Origin: Lingula anatina
Lineage: Eukaryota; Animalia; Brachiopoda
Length of the DNA: 64,000 bases
Direction: 5' to 3'
Assembly: GCA_051362555.1 (NCBI GenBank)
Contig: CM120642.1
Coordinates: 27,590,001 to 27,654,000 of the forward strand
This document shows positions 1 through 12,800 of this stretch, piece after piece. Positions within the stretch are counted from its first letter, which is position 1. Every line of letters starts with the position of its first letter. The position numbers and the translations under genes were made by a program. The notes below the pieces were generated by a model. It was given only the letters and a program-made list of their open reading frames with translations, ran no database searches and was not told where the DNA came from.

Positions 1-684
1 AACTGAAATAATTTTTACTTTATAGTTTTGAGAAAGTGTACTTCTAGGTTTTTACACAAATTTTTAATGCAGATTTTTTCTTAAATCGACCTGAAGGTCC
101 ATACTTTACATCATGTTTGGTGGTAAGACATTTTCCTTTAAGAGGGTGGCTTGAGCTCAAAGCTAGTTAATAAAGAAACAATTCCTATTATCGATTGGGA
201 TAAAATTGAGCCATAAATGGCTTTAACTCTAACGCGATCGTCCAATGTAACTAAGAATGGAAGTTACACAAAAACCAAGGTGCACAAATAAAATGATATA
301 TTTTTAATCTGTGGACTAGCCTCATTTCAATTCCCCACTTTCATAACAGCACTCTTCTTATTTTACATAACAAAGTGATTTAAAACGTCGTTAAGAGTAA
401 ATGCAAACGACAGGTTTACCATAGGCCTATAACTGACCTTAGTAAGCCAACGACGTCGAAATTAGCCGTGTGAATTTGTCGGTGTCTTTGCAAAATTAAG
501 CTTAAATATTCAAAACAAATCCACATTTCTGCACAAGCAAAAGTCGTATACAGCTTCAACCGATTCCTCAATAACCGAGTCCTCAGCAATGAAAATACGC
601 TAGGCGATGCGCGATTTCATTTAATTGCAAATTCACAGCTAACGCTTGATTGTGTTTTCACACCTAACACATTAAGTCGTTGTG

Positions 685-2037
685 CTACTCCATGACCGGC
701 GGTGCCCATACCTGAGACACAGGGGCTGGGAATTCTATGTAAGCTGATCTAGAACTGTATTCATCCACGCTGTCGTAATCCAAAGGTTTAAATGTCATAT
801 TTGGCACACGCGAATTTTGGATATTTTCTCTCCATTCGTCATCTGGGGTGCCCGGAAGAACGAGAGGAATCTGCTGCATGCGGCGTATGCGAGATGTTTC
901 CATCATCCGCGATGAGTAATAATCCTTGTGTATATTTGTCTCCATTTCAAGTGATTTAATAGAATCACAAAATCCACGCATTCTCTCCTCCATGTTATCC
1001 CATTTTAGCTGAGAGTCCTTCAAACTGACAATTCTATATGCATTGTCGTTCGTGGAAGGAATTTTGTATCCATGGTTGTGTTTCTTTCCTTTTCTTTTGC
1101 ACAATTTGCTGGATTTGCTCAGATTTTCTCCAGCATCTGATGACGAACCCATTGTACCTGCAAATTGGGTCGTGCATGGGCGGTGGGTGCTTACATTTGG
1201 CAAATCTTCCAAGTCGTCCAATAAATTTCTGTCACTGGGCGAAGCTGAACCTCTCAATTCTCCAAAGGAAATGGAATACGCGCGTTTTTGTTTTGCCGGT
1301 TCTTTTCTAAATTTCTTATTATCGCAGTTTATGGGTGGTAAATCTTGTTTCATTTTCACTTCGGTCGGTTCTAAAACGTCATTAGGTTTTGTGCCGGCCT
1401 TCTCTAAATCGCCGTCCTCGTCGTTTTCTGACACTCCGTCTGGAGTTACAAGCTCGAACGCCGTCGTTGGTCGCAGTTCCACGACTGGTTCTGCAATACT
1501 GACCACGCTCTTCGGTCGTAAAAGGCGCGCAATTTCATCAAAATTAAGGCACGTTTTGTCTCCCAGTGATTTGCTGCGCGCTGGTTTTGATGGATACTCT
1601 GGGAACGCAGGCGTTGGCGGCTGAATTGGAGGCGGTTTCCTGACCGGACCTCCGTCAAGCCCCGGTCCAAACGACCTTGACTTTCTGTTGAGTATCTTCT
1701 TTAACATTAAATCGTTATCTTCTGCATTTCTGCTGCGCTGCTGTTCGTTATTTTGGGCTCGAAGGGCCCTTTCTTGTTCTCTATCCCCCATCATACGCGC
1801 ATACGCAAGGCGCGACAGGGAAAGCTGTCGAAGGAATCGTTTATGTATGACACGCTGCTCTGTGGCAATTTGATTTACGACGTTTTTCTCGGTCTTGTTT
1901 AAAAGCTGAAGAGTCTTCTGCAAGCCCGTCTCTTCTTTCCAATTTGCTGACTGAACCTGAGGAGATCGCTCAGACATATTCAAAAATTCCGGGCGACCAC
2001 TTGCTTCAACTTTCTTGGAATTGAAAAGTGTGGCCAT
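685..2037 (-). CDS. Uncharacterised 450-aa protein with a single coding exon: N-terminal coiled-coil (possibly CCDC190-like), long disordered middle, short helical C-terminal motif
   Basis: 1353-nt uninterrupted ORF, more GC-rich than its flanks; ATG in good context (gagATGG). N-terminal heptad-like segment NWKEETGLQKTLQLLNKTEKNVVNQIATEQRVIHKRF. The family assignment is from recalled motif resemblance only. Confidence 0.8.
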   Translation of the reverse strand: MATLFNSKKVEASGRPEFLNMSERSPQVQSANWKEETGLQKTLQLLNKTEKNVVNQIATEQRVIHKRFLRQLSLSRLAYARMMGDREQERALRAQNNEQQRSRNAEDNDLMLKKILNRKSRSFGPGLDGGPVRKPPPIQPPTPAFPEYPSKPARSKSLGDKTCLNFDEIARLLRPKSVVSIAEPVVELRPTTAFELVTPDGVSENDEDGDLEKAGTKPNDVLEPTEVKMKQDLPPINCDNKKFRKEPAKQKRAYSISFGELRGSASPSDRNLLDDLEDLPNVSTHRPCTTQFAGTMGSSSDAGENLSKSSKLCKRKGKKHNHGYKIPSTNDNAYRIVSLKDSQLKWDNMEERMRGFCDSIKSLEMETNIHKDYYSSRMMETSRIRRMQQIPLVLPGTPDDEWRENIQNSRVPNMTFKPLDYDSVDEYSSRSAYIEFPAPVSQVWAPPVME

Positions 2038-3984
2038 CTCTCTTTTCCGAAGAAGACAAATTATAACGTATTATTTTCGACGAGATCAAAACCTTCACAT
2101 GTTTCAGAGTAGTTAGGTTGACCGGTAACTCACCTGGTTATGCGAATTGCCAGGTGCTAGGGATATGCACAAATCCCTACAAATTTCATTAAATCGAGCC
2201 TAATAAATAACACCAATCTTTCCGTGTTTTCTCATATACTCCTCTCATTACTGAGGCGACCTTCGTCCATTCGAAGTTATGCATATAGAATGAGCTGTGA
2301 AACCAAACAGTCCAGTGTTTAAATGTTGTTCTTTTGAATACTGTTGTCCTCAATTTTCGCTCTTCCAAGCATTTCACGGGTTTTACCGTGTTTTACTTTT
2401 TTCTTGCAATTTTGCAAACCGTTTCAATCCCAATGCATAAGCTTTCTCTCTTTCATCCTTTCCCAGTTAATGTCTGATTTCAATGTGGCTTGATTTGCCG
2501 CGGTCTGCAGTCTGAGTGTTCAGTATTTACAAAGAATTAATCGACACAAAATATCACTCATGTAGCCGCCAAATGATAAGACCTTTCCTCTCAACCAGCG
2601 AAGACCAATACCGGTAACGTTCCTCCCCACCAAGCTGTTGTCAACTGTTACACAGCTATACCTCTCGCTCAGTGTCGAAATTCCTCGTCGTTATGGGATC
2701 CCCCGGTTTGTTTCAAGGCTGTCTGTTCCTTATTAGCTTATAACCTGCGTCAACACATCATTGGTACCTCTCTGTGTTCAAACTGGCCAGTTTGCCTTGT
2801 TCAAGGTGACCAAGGTGAGCGCTTTAAGACCTAAATCGCCTCTCCACGTTCAAACAGGAGACTCACATTTTGATTGCATTCACGGTAAACATGATCGCTA
2901 TGCGGCTTGGAGACGCTGGAAGATATCGGATGGTCCGGCCAGGTGGTAGGTCAGGTGATTTCGATACCTAGACAACGGCAATTTGCAGTGTCAAAAATTG
3001 TCAGTTTTTACGTAGGTCTTTTCATTGTTGTGCCTAAAAATGGAGAAGTAATTCCTCAGCGCGTGAGTGAAATAGATTAGTTTTTTATAACTAGCGTGCA
3101 TGATTGTACATATTTTAAATTATCTCTCAAGTTACAAAACAGCTTACAAAAATGATAAAAATTCCAGAGCAATGAAAGGTGAAACAGTAGAAAGTCATTG
3201 GCGAAATTAAAATATAAATCACTCGGATCCTTTTCAGTTGATATTTACTTTAAAATCCATCGTGAACTTTTGTCTAGAATGATAGGTTCAGCATGGCGAT
3301 CACTAACGACAAACATTAGCCTTGACAATCACCTCATTTGATTTCCATCATGCGTAGAATCATATTCCAACCCATGCAAACATTAATTTGTGCCCGCTGC
3401 ACCTTCACGGTGGTTAAGACTTAGAGCCCGTTGCTTGGTCTCAAGGGGTCTAACAGGAGAAAATCACCTATGTTTAATTAACAAACACGTCCTTCAATTA
3501 AAGCGCGATTTCTCATGGCCGCATTCTGCTTGCTATAGCGTGTTTATTTTATCAAAACGAACGCATACCGACTTTTGTTCGTGGTATAAAGTAATCAAGG
3601 TTAGAGACGATGTAATGTGAATAAAGGGATTAAAGACCGCTTATCTTTTCAACTTTGCTGGATCCAGAACTTGGTTACTATCTTTAACACCAGATGCGAA
3701 TGCTCTCATTTAATTTTATCAAAAACCGCTAAATTATCCGCCCATAGACGGTATAAGTGAAAATTGGCTGATAACTATGATGTATGAGGCAAAATGCTCG
3801 TAAATTTCTCAAGCATGAGAGCTTAAAGGACAGAAGTTCGAATACTGCTTGATAGCTTTTAGAAGCTTGTGGACGTGGTGTATTTATCAAGTTTTTTTTT
3901 TCTTTTTTTTTCTCGCAGCTGGGTGAGATATTTCCTTTTTCGAATATAGAATGTCTGTTCACTGGCCCCATTGCAGTTTTAATA

Positions 3985-5642
3985 CAGACTTGACATTTAA
4001 TATGGAATATTTCAGTTTCGAAGGTATGCCTAGGTGAAAATGCGTTCTTTTTTTCACAAACTCCGATCTCATATAAGATATGTGAATGAAAAAGTGTGAA
4101 GTCAGGTGTGTCGCTACCAATTAACTGAATACCAGGTTTGTTGAGCTGCTGCATTATGTAATATGCAGTGATTTAATTGGGTAGTGCTCCTTTGGGCTGG
4201 TTAAAGCTTGGCTTTGGCAAAGCATGGTTCTGTCAAAAAAGTATCCATATGTCTGCAACGACTGCATAGAAGAATTTGAAATTTTGCATGCAAGTGGTCA
4301 GGTTTGCATTGTGTAAAATGAGCTATGCAGTGCTTTACGAATTTGTTAATCTGTGGCAGAATGGCGCGAAAAAGACATGCACTGCCAGACAGATAATTGC
4401 GCCAAACGAAACGGCCCGCACAGTTTTATAGAGTAATGCCTAGACTGATCTACCTACACAGAGGCCACGCCCAATGTACTGAAATCTTACCACAAGGGTA
4501 CAGGACCCACTGTCTTTCGGGATATGCTGTTGCAACTAAACAAAATCTACCCTGTCCGTTCATGTTGGGGGTAAATTGTCACCAAAATGCATTTTTCAAG
4601 GCCCTTAGCGAACACCAAACTGGTTTTAGCAGGTTAGAATACCAGACGACCTCCGAGGAACCCACTGTAAATAGCTAAACATCGTTGTATGTTTCTCTAA
4701 CGAATTGGGGACCTTGACTGTTTCTGGGTTGAACACTGACATCTCGTGGCTTTCTTTATTGAGTTCAGTTTTCACATGTACCTCCCAACAGCCAAAACAG
4801 AGTTTACAGACATCCAGAAGAGGCCAACGACGAAGCGTGCGCCGCGTATAAAGTGACTAAGGTCATTAAAAGCGTCAGAATTTGGAGTGGATACCACATT
4901 GGTGCCAAAACACTAATGTTAGTCATCGACAAAATCCTGAACCAGACGAAATAAAGAAATAATCTGGGAACGATCTGGTTATCATTTGATAGGGGGCAAC
5001 TTAGGAACAATTTTAGGTTGCACGGTGAGATTGACAGTTCACACAGAGCACTTTTAATAGCAGATTAAGTACAGAACCAAGGGAATGAACAGCTACCTTG
5101 GTCATCAAAATCGCCATATTTGAACCACATAGACAATATGTAGGTAGACCATTACTCGCCGAATCAATGACCTACATGTCCTACAACAAAACAGGACCAA
5201 ATTGGGCAGTTTTTGACCGATGCCTGGAATGTTATGCCAGATTGAACTTTAAAAACCTAACCCAAGGAATGCCTTGCCACTTGAGAGCGCTGGTAGCAGC
5301 CAGAAGAGGTCAGGCGTAACAGCGACCGTTACTGTGACTAGAGACTAACATGAGGGTCCTTTGTGGAGCGTGTGGCTCTTTTACAGACAATAATTTGAAA
5401 AATATGGAGGTCCAAAAAATCTCTTTTAATGGTTGTCGTACGACATAGAATAGGCAATGTGTTTTTGTTTGCTTCTCTGGCGAATTCCATTAATGAACTG
5501 ATATCACAATGATATCAGAGAGATAATTAAAATATATTATAACACGATTTTAATCCTTACTTTCATTTATCAGTCAGCAAAATAGGAAAAAACTGATGAA
5601 AAATGATTTGGAAAAAATATTCCATATTAAATGTCAAGTCTG
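3985..5642 (+). mobile_element. Full-length degenerate Tc1-like DNA transposon (family A), 1658 bp
   Basis: TIRs CAGACTTGACATTTAATATGGAATATTT at 3985 and its reverse complement ending at 5642. TA on both sides (3983-3984, 5643-5644). Decayed transposase motifs on +: VCFSNE (~4687-4704, from FSDE) and WSSKSPYLNHIDNM* (from 5099, from WPxxSPDLNPIENxW). Confidence 0.92.
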
Positions 5643-7747
5643 TATATTATTCACACATGTCATTGACAAAAAGAATGAACTAAATAATGAAATGTACCGA
5701 AAATTTCTTTTGACCCATGCCTGCAGACACAAAAGTAGAGATAGGAGGAAGAGGCGTTTAGTAGAATACAGAGAAGATGGTGAGTTGGAAACAAGCGGAG
5801 CCATTTTAGTCTGTTAATCTGACTGCATTCAGCGAGAGTCCCCGTGGAGTTAGTGCGCACTGGCTTGTTTTGAATGGCCCCTTCGACACCAACGCTGAGA
5901 CTGATGACGAAAAAAAAATCCCGGACATGTCTTAAAACGTTGGTCCAGACAACATGACCCTCTAGTCAATAAATATTCAGTACGTTGTTTGCTCACATAC
6001 CTAGACCATACTGATTAATGTCAGAAGTGTTAAGTAATTTGTAAACATCTAGCTTTGTTAATTACAAAAAAACAAAGAAACAATGGCATTTTTTCGAGTA
6101 GATCCTGATTTTTTACTGAATATTGAATATTTATTTTCAGTGAGGCATAAAAATCATCTATGTACACAAGTGGTAGACGAAGTATCTATAAAGCTGGATT
6201 TACTTTAGATCCTCTGAACGACTCCAAGCATATTTTCATTTTTCTATTCAGGTATTATATACTGCATCGAATATAATACATTTTGGATATATTTTGATTC
6301 TTTCTACAAATCTTTAAAACGTTACATATATTATTTCCCCATTGTTAAGTTAGGAATACAAAAAACAATAGGGGCCTAATACAATACAACTGATGTATAA
6401 ATACAGAAACAATTTCAAAAATACACTACAGATATCTTTAAGATATTAGATACATTGCATACGAAAAAAAAAACATATATCTCCACAACAGATTATGGAT
6501 AATACAGCATCAGCTTCTTAGCATTTCATTTCTGACGTATTTGGATTTAGCCCATATAATTTTGTGTATCTGTTGTTTTTTCATTCAAAAATCGTTGGGG
6601 TAACGTTTGGGGGAAGTAACGGTGCAGGTAATATTTTTTTTTGTTGATGGAGTAACCAAAAGAATTATCCTTAAACTATTGCGGATGAATATATGGTGAA
6701 AACTTAGGAAGATATGGTTTCACTAATTGGAAAAGATATATGTACGTTTTACAAAATTACGCCTCGCGATTTCTTTGTACAATGTTGGCATGAAAGTGGC
6801 AGTAAAGCACCAAGTACCATTATGAATATATTCATATATTACCGCCACCTTAAGTCCAATCCATAGAAAATAATTAAATAGGAAAAATAAAAAAGGTAGC
6901 TAATTCACATTGTGTCTATTCGAGAAAATACTGATGAAGAATCGTGACTAGAATAATATTTACACGTGTAGGACTCTCCTGACCGGCTAAGAGCGTTTCG
7001 GTCGCCATTCTATCACTTGAGTCTGGCGCAACAGTAAAACAAAGCCGAATGGAAAGTACACATAATAGTGACACAGTAAACAAGCATATACAAGAAAATA
7101 TTGACAAAATGTAGCTGTGATGAAAGGCCTTTACAAAGTTAAGATTACATGAATAACTACAAACAACTAACTAAGATCTCTTTTTAAAAGATCTAAATAT
7201 TGCAACTGTCTCTAATTATGAATAAATATAAAATTTACATCAATACACATATAAGAAAAAAAATAAAATTTGAGCATAATCCTTCATGTAGCTCCTATTT
7301 TGTCATCCCTATTTGAGAGCTACAAAACCTTGTTATAGAGGCATTGCTTTGGTACTGAGCAGATTTCACGACAGACTCGTTTAAGATGACAAGTGATGAA
7401 AGCAGAATACTGATGACTGGTAAGTAATGCATTTAAAACAATCCCTCTTGGTACGACTGTTTTTAAAACAACATTTGCATCAAACCCTACGTACTGTCTG
7501 TGGAGATATGAAGAGGGGCTTAAATCTTATCGTATGTCCATCTACCGATATTTGCATCCTATTTGCAAATTATCCTGAGTAAAAACAAAACAGATCACGG
7601 TTGAGAGTGCGAACAGTGAAAAAGAACAACTATCGCAATCAATATGCATTCGGTCGTTTCTCACACATTCACCCCTATGGAATCTCCACAGTGAAAGGGT
7701 CTTATTGGAACGATATTGATAAAATTTAAACGACTTCTTCAGAACCG

Positions 7748-8785
7748 CTATGAAATTTCTTCGTACAGCGGCGCTGGGTCGGTCGGGAGTTCTGGCACTA
7801 CGACAGCCGGCAGTGGGTTAAGCGTGGCGTAAGGGGGCGGGTCTTCTATATACGGCGGCAGTGGAATCTGGTGCTGTGTCGTTATAACGGGAAGATGGCA
7901 CACCACTGAACGGCGCTCCTGTAATATACAATATATAATGTGACTTAAAAAGCAACTGATGATATAGAATAACGGCTGTGATTTCAAAGTTTTCTCGTAG
8001 AAACGTTCTCACGTATTTTTTTCTTAGCAGATATGAAGATTTTATTTGCCTTTTTCACGTAACGTAAGAAACTAACACAACACTTTCTGTTATTGTCACT
8101 ATCTATCTTCTCAAATCCAAATGGTAATTATTCTTCTATATCCGACTCATTTTCTAGATGTCATTTATAAAACACTCTCGGAGAGAAGACTTTACTTACG
8201 GGCTTGTTGAAAAATTCGTATGTGCCTCTGCCGGCCCCTAACTCCGTATACTGGGTGTAGACACACATAAAACTGTACACCTAGTATATATACGAAAGAA
8301 AAAAAAATGAAATATCTCAACTGCCACAGAATGACTGTACAGTCAGGATAATCAATTCAAAATAAAATCAAACTAAAGTAAGCATAATCTGGGTTACCCT
8401 TTAAAATTACCACGACAGTTAATACACTCAACAAACGAATTTCAACGTTTGAGTCTTTCAAAATTAACTTTCTTTTAATTATAACTTGGTAATATCATGA
8501 GGAAGAGAACACTGTTAGGCGTATTATTGAACAGCTGACGTGTAAATCTATGTCACACAAATGATTGTGTAAAACGACACTTACATTGCCTATCGTCCGG
8601 ACAATAAAAAATGTCATAAAAACTATGGTCCAGTCACTAAACGCGGTCTGAAATGATAAAGTGAAGTGTGCATAACGTTACAGGGAACGAATATATTGAT
8701 ACGACGCAACTAAAATTGACTCCATTGATAAAACGGGAGAATGTAGGTTCAGAATACAATTTGGGAAGAGAGAGAGAGAGAGAGC

Positions 8786-8827
<42 letters not shown>

Positions 8828-8951
8828 CCTCTACCAGGGTCGCAGTTATTATTGTGGACATTTTTTTGCTGAGGCATCAGACCAAAATGACTGTCTATTT
8901 ATCTAGAGACATATTAGTGAATGTCTGTGGAAAATCAATCAGTCGCCCTGG

Positions 8952-9000
<49 letters not shown>

Positions 9001-9864
9001 AGACTCGTTACCTCTTCTTGATGCGAGTGATGGACAGAGAGAAACATGACTGTCGCCAGCTCGTATATGACCAGCAAAGATACACCTAGGAGCCAAGGGA
9101 ATAGTAGATCTCGTTTATCCTGCAAATATGAAAATATATTTCGACATGTCCTCTAAATGATGGTTTTCATCACTTCAAACATTTTTTTTACATTACTACT
9201 ATTGAAATTAACCAATTCAACTTAACGTCTATGCCAGCTGTATTGTTATTAAAATACTTTAATAGACCTGTGCAAAAGTTGCTCGATAAATAGATTAAAC
9301 AATCAGCCGAAAATCTATTCACTACATGTTTTTCTTTGGTTATTCTTTGTTCTATTGTGCTTTTATGAAAGCAAAAAAGCATTCTCGCGAGCCGGATTTG
9401 AACCAGCGACCTAAGGATGCCTGATAATTTTCCACTACAGTCCTCCGCTCTACCAACTGAGCTATCGCGAGTACCGGCATGTACGGGCGCTATTATCTTT
9501 CTACCGAGCTCATCTGCTTTATCAGTCGGTATGAAGGTCATATATGCAATGAAAATTGTTTTCCTCAGGCGAGACACCGGTTGTACATACAAGTGGGTTA
9601 TTGCTTTAAACAGCTGTTACATGCAGTCAATTTACATGCACTTAAAGCCGACAAAGAGATCATTTTTTAAGATGAAAAATATGTACACGACTTCCACTTT
9701 TTTCTTTAATAAATATTGTCTACTGTTTCATTTAGGACAGGAAAGCAGACAAGTAATTTCTTTCATTGAACTCCAGTTCGTATGTGACACTTGATGCGGT
9801 CAGCAAAAATGATTTTACTTTTCAACATAACACTACTTTTCACACACACACACACACACACAAA

Positions 9865-9895
<31 letters not shown>

Positions 9896-12800
9896 AAACC
9901 TGAGAATTTGCAGCCTTATACAAGTCAGTTGTTTACTGTGTCTACTGTGTTGCCCGCTGATTCCCCAGCAGTGCATTTAGTGCGTTAGAATATCTTACCA
10001 CATAAACTCCCGCCACAAGCGTTAGAGATACCACAATGTAGGCTGTGTAGAAGACGAAGGACATATAGCTGACCACGCAGTAAGCTGGAAATAAGATCAA
10101 AGTCAAACTCAATTAAAACAAACATGCTGCACTATCAGCATAAAAAATTCTAATTAACCAACATGCAGCGACGCCTCTTCACAGGGGTCTTTATTGAGAG
10201 AGATTAAAAAAAATATTTCAGTCATTAAAAATGGTAGACCTTTCTATGGCGTAAAATAGACGGGGGCGTAAAATAGACTCTTTTTTCGTGAATGAAGAGC
10301 AATTTATAATAGAAAACATTTCATGAAATGAATATAACCTGCGCAAAAGATCTGTTGTCTTTTAATAAAAGGTGAAAATTCGAGATCACGTAGTAATCAT
10401 AGCAGAGGGACTTTCCGAGATGCAAACAACAATTTGTAACACACAAATTTTGGCAGGGACTGTCAGCGGTTGACTGGACATGGCGCAGAAGATAGCTGTA
10501 TCTAAAATGACACCAATTCACTATATATCAAGCATTTCGCTTATGTGCATCTTAGCGTTCAGATACGCCATAAGGCTACTGCGCTGAACTATAAGTTCGA
10601 TAACTCTTCCGGGCACAGGTTAAGATGAGAGAGACATGCCGGCTATATTAGTCAGGTGCCCACACCCTTATACCTAGATATGACGTAAATAATTGAAGTC
10701 TCGTTTAAATTCACAATGACAGCGCGTCCATAAGCGGGCTAAATTATAGTTAATTTGTTCAAATCAAAAGCTCACCTGTGTATTCTTGTATCTTGTTGTT
10801 GCCCACGTATCTTACCAGAAACAGAGATATGCAGATCACTGCTACGCACTGAAGGAAGAGATAATTCAGAAATTATATTACTTGCGATAAAGCATACGTA
10901 AAAAGGAAAATTGATAGTTGGCCAATTATGCAATAATTATATAACAGAACATGCATTAAATAATCATTACATTTTAAATAGTGACTAACGATCGCATATC
11001 AAAACGCAGATGAACGTAACTTTGAAGTTGTCTTAATCATGTTAGATGCATTTGTGAAACATTGCGGGGCGTTGCAGAGTCGTTTGTTATGGGAAGTATG
11101 GGATGTGTTACGGATGGTATTGAACATTGAACCCGAAGACAGTTAGTTTGCGCAAAATAACGCCCACAAACGGTTGCTTTATCATGAACGAACACACTTT
11201 AGCATTTTACGGGGGTGTTTTGTGTTCATGGATTTTCATACACATGAGAGTGACATAGAACAAAGGGTATTGAGGTAAAAGGAAAATAAATCAAATCCTT
11301 AATCGTGAGTCATTTTCCTCCTGAGAAATTAAAAAGAACGTTCTGGATATTTGTGAGCGGAATGTCTATTGATAATTGTTTTTGAAATGTTGATTTTTTT
11401 AATCCCAAATGATTATTTTTTTTCGAAAGGCTATACGTGCTTCATTGCTCAGATTTTAATACATCTCTAACTTATGTGAACACGATCTTTCTAAGGACAC
11501 AATAAACGTTTTAAATCAAAGGGGAAACAAGCTTTTTTTGTGATTTAAGATCAACTGGCGATATTAAGTCACTTATCGTGCGAAATAAGTAGTGTTTGTG
11601 ACAACTTGACATTCTCTTTCAAGACACCAAATAGCTACATGCGGTCATTTAAAATGAAAACTATTGCATCTGAGGGGATAGAAAATGTATGACCTTATTT
11701 TATGTCGTTCAACAATTTTAGGTTTAGTAATATTCAACTGTAAAACTGCACCTGAGAAATGACTTTCTTTCAAAAAACGGGAACTGTTGAAAGTTACATT
11801 AAAAATCCCTATATATTTTGTTTCACACCACAGTAACAAACAATAAGCAATAAGCTTCAAATAGCGTTTAATGCCTCTATTTACTCTGAGGTCGTTAAAC
11901 TTATAATGAGTGGATTAACTCTGTTCAGTCTTTGACATAATGCTAACAAACAAACTAAAAAGTCAGATTAAAGTTTTCACGAGAGAAAAACGAAGGCCAT
12001 TGTGTGCAAGCGTTCTTCAACCATGTTACGTAACAACAACACCGACACCCTGTAGTTTACTGAGATTTAACAATACCAGTCTCATGCATTTACCTGACGT
12101 GTTGTTAAAATCCCCTTGACTGTAATTTGGCTCTACGCTTCAATGGTAATTTTAGCTTTTAAAATGGCGCAACAATTCGTTCAACCCATATATAATACAC
12201 TCGTGGTGACAGGAGGCAATACACCTGCATTTGCCGTCTAATGTTTAACTAGGCAAGTAATTAAATCAGGCTGTTCACTATACATGAACGTTTATAGTCC
12301 GAACCCGCGTTGTTACTTAGAACACCACGTTTCAGCCTCTAAACAGATTCAACTTGAAGCCAGTTTCACAAAGAGAAAATTTATGATTTAGTGAAGCAAT
12401 TTAAAACGCCATGGTTGGTTTTATTCCAAAATATTTTACACAAGACCTTAAATTGCAGTTGGGTCAGTCTGATGGAGCATCATCAGCGAAAACGCGCCAA
12501 AAAGACCTTGAGGGTGTCTCCATTATCGTCTGCCGCCTTTCGCTGCAAACGAGAATCTTGTCCATATAAATGACGCATGAGCTTGGCCTGCAGGGGAAAT
12601 GTTTGTCCTTCGACAAGTTTAAGTGTAGGTTAGACTTAAATGATGCATCCGTTTGCCTTGCAATCACGGACACAAACTTTCAACGCTTTAATGCTTTTGC
12701 AACCGTAATTTTGAGGGTGTTTCATTGTCTGAAGGACATCGAATAATTTTGCAAAGGAGAACAAAAACGCCTTACGGAAAACGTCTTGAAGGCGCAACGA

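Noticed and set aside
1038-1873. Overlapping ORFs of 61-193 aa within the 450-aa gene
   Set aside because: Antisense or alternate-frame shadows of a real coding sequence, with no independent motifs.
9188-9794. ORFs of 134, 125 and 63 aa
   Set aside because: They overlap or adjoin the tRNA-Tyr gene in intronic DNA; the shared LQSSALPTELSR peptide with ORF 20878-21213 is just the antisense tRNA sequence.
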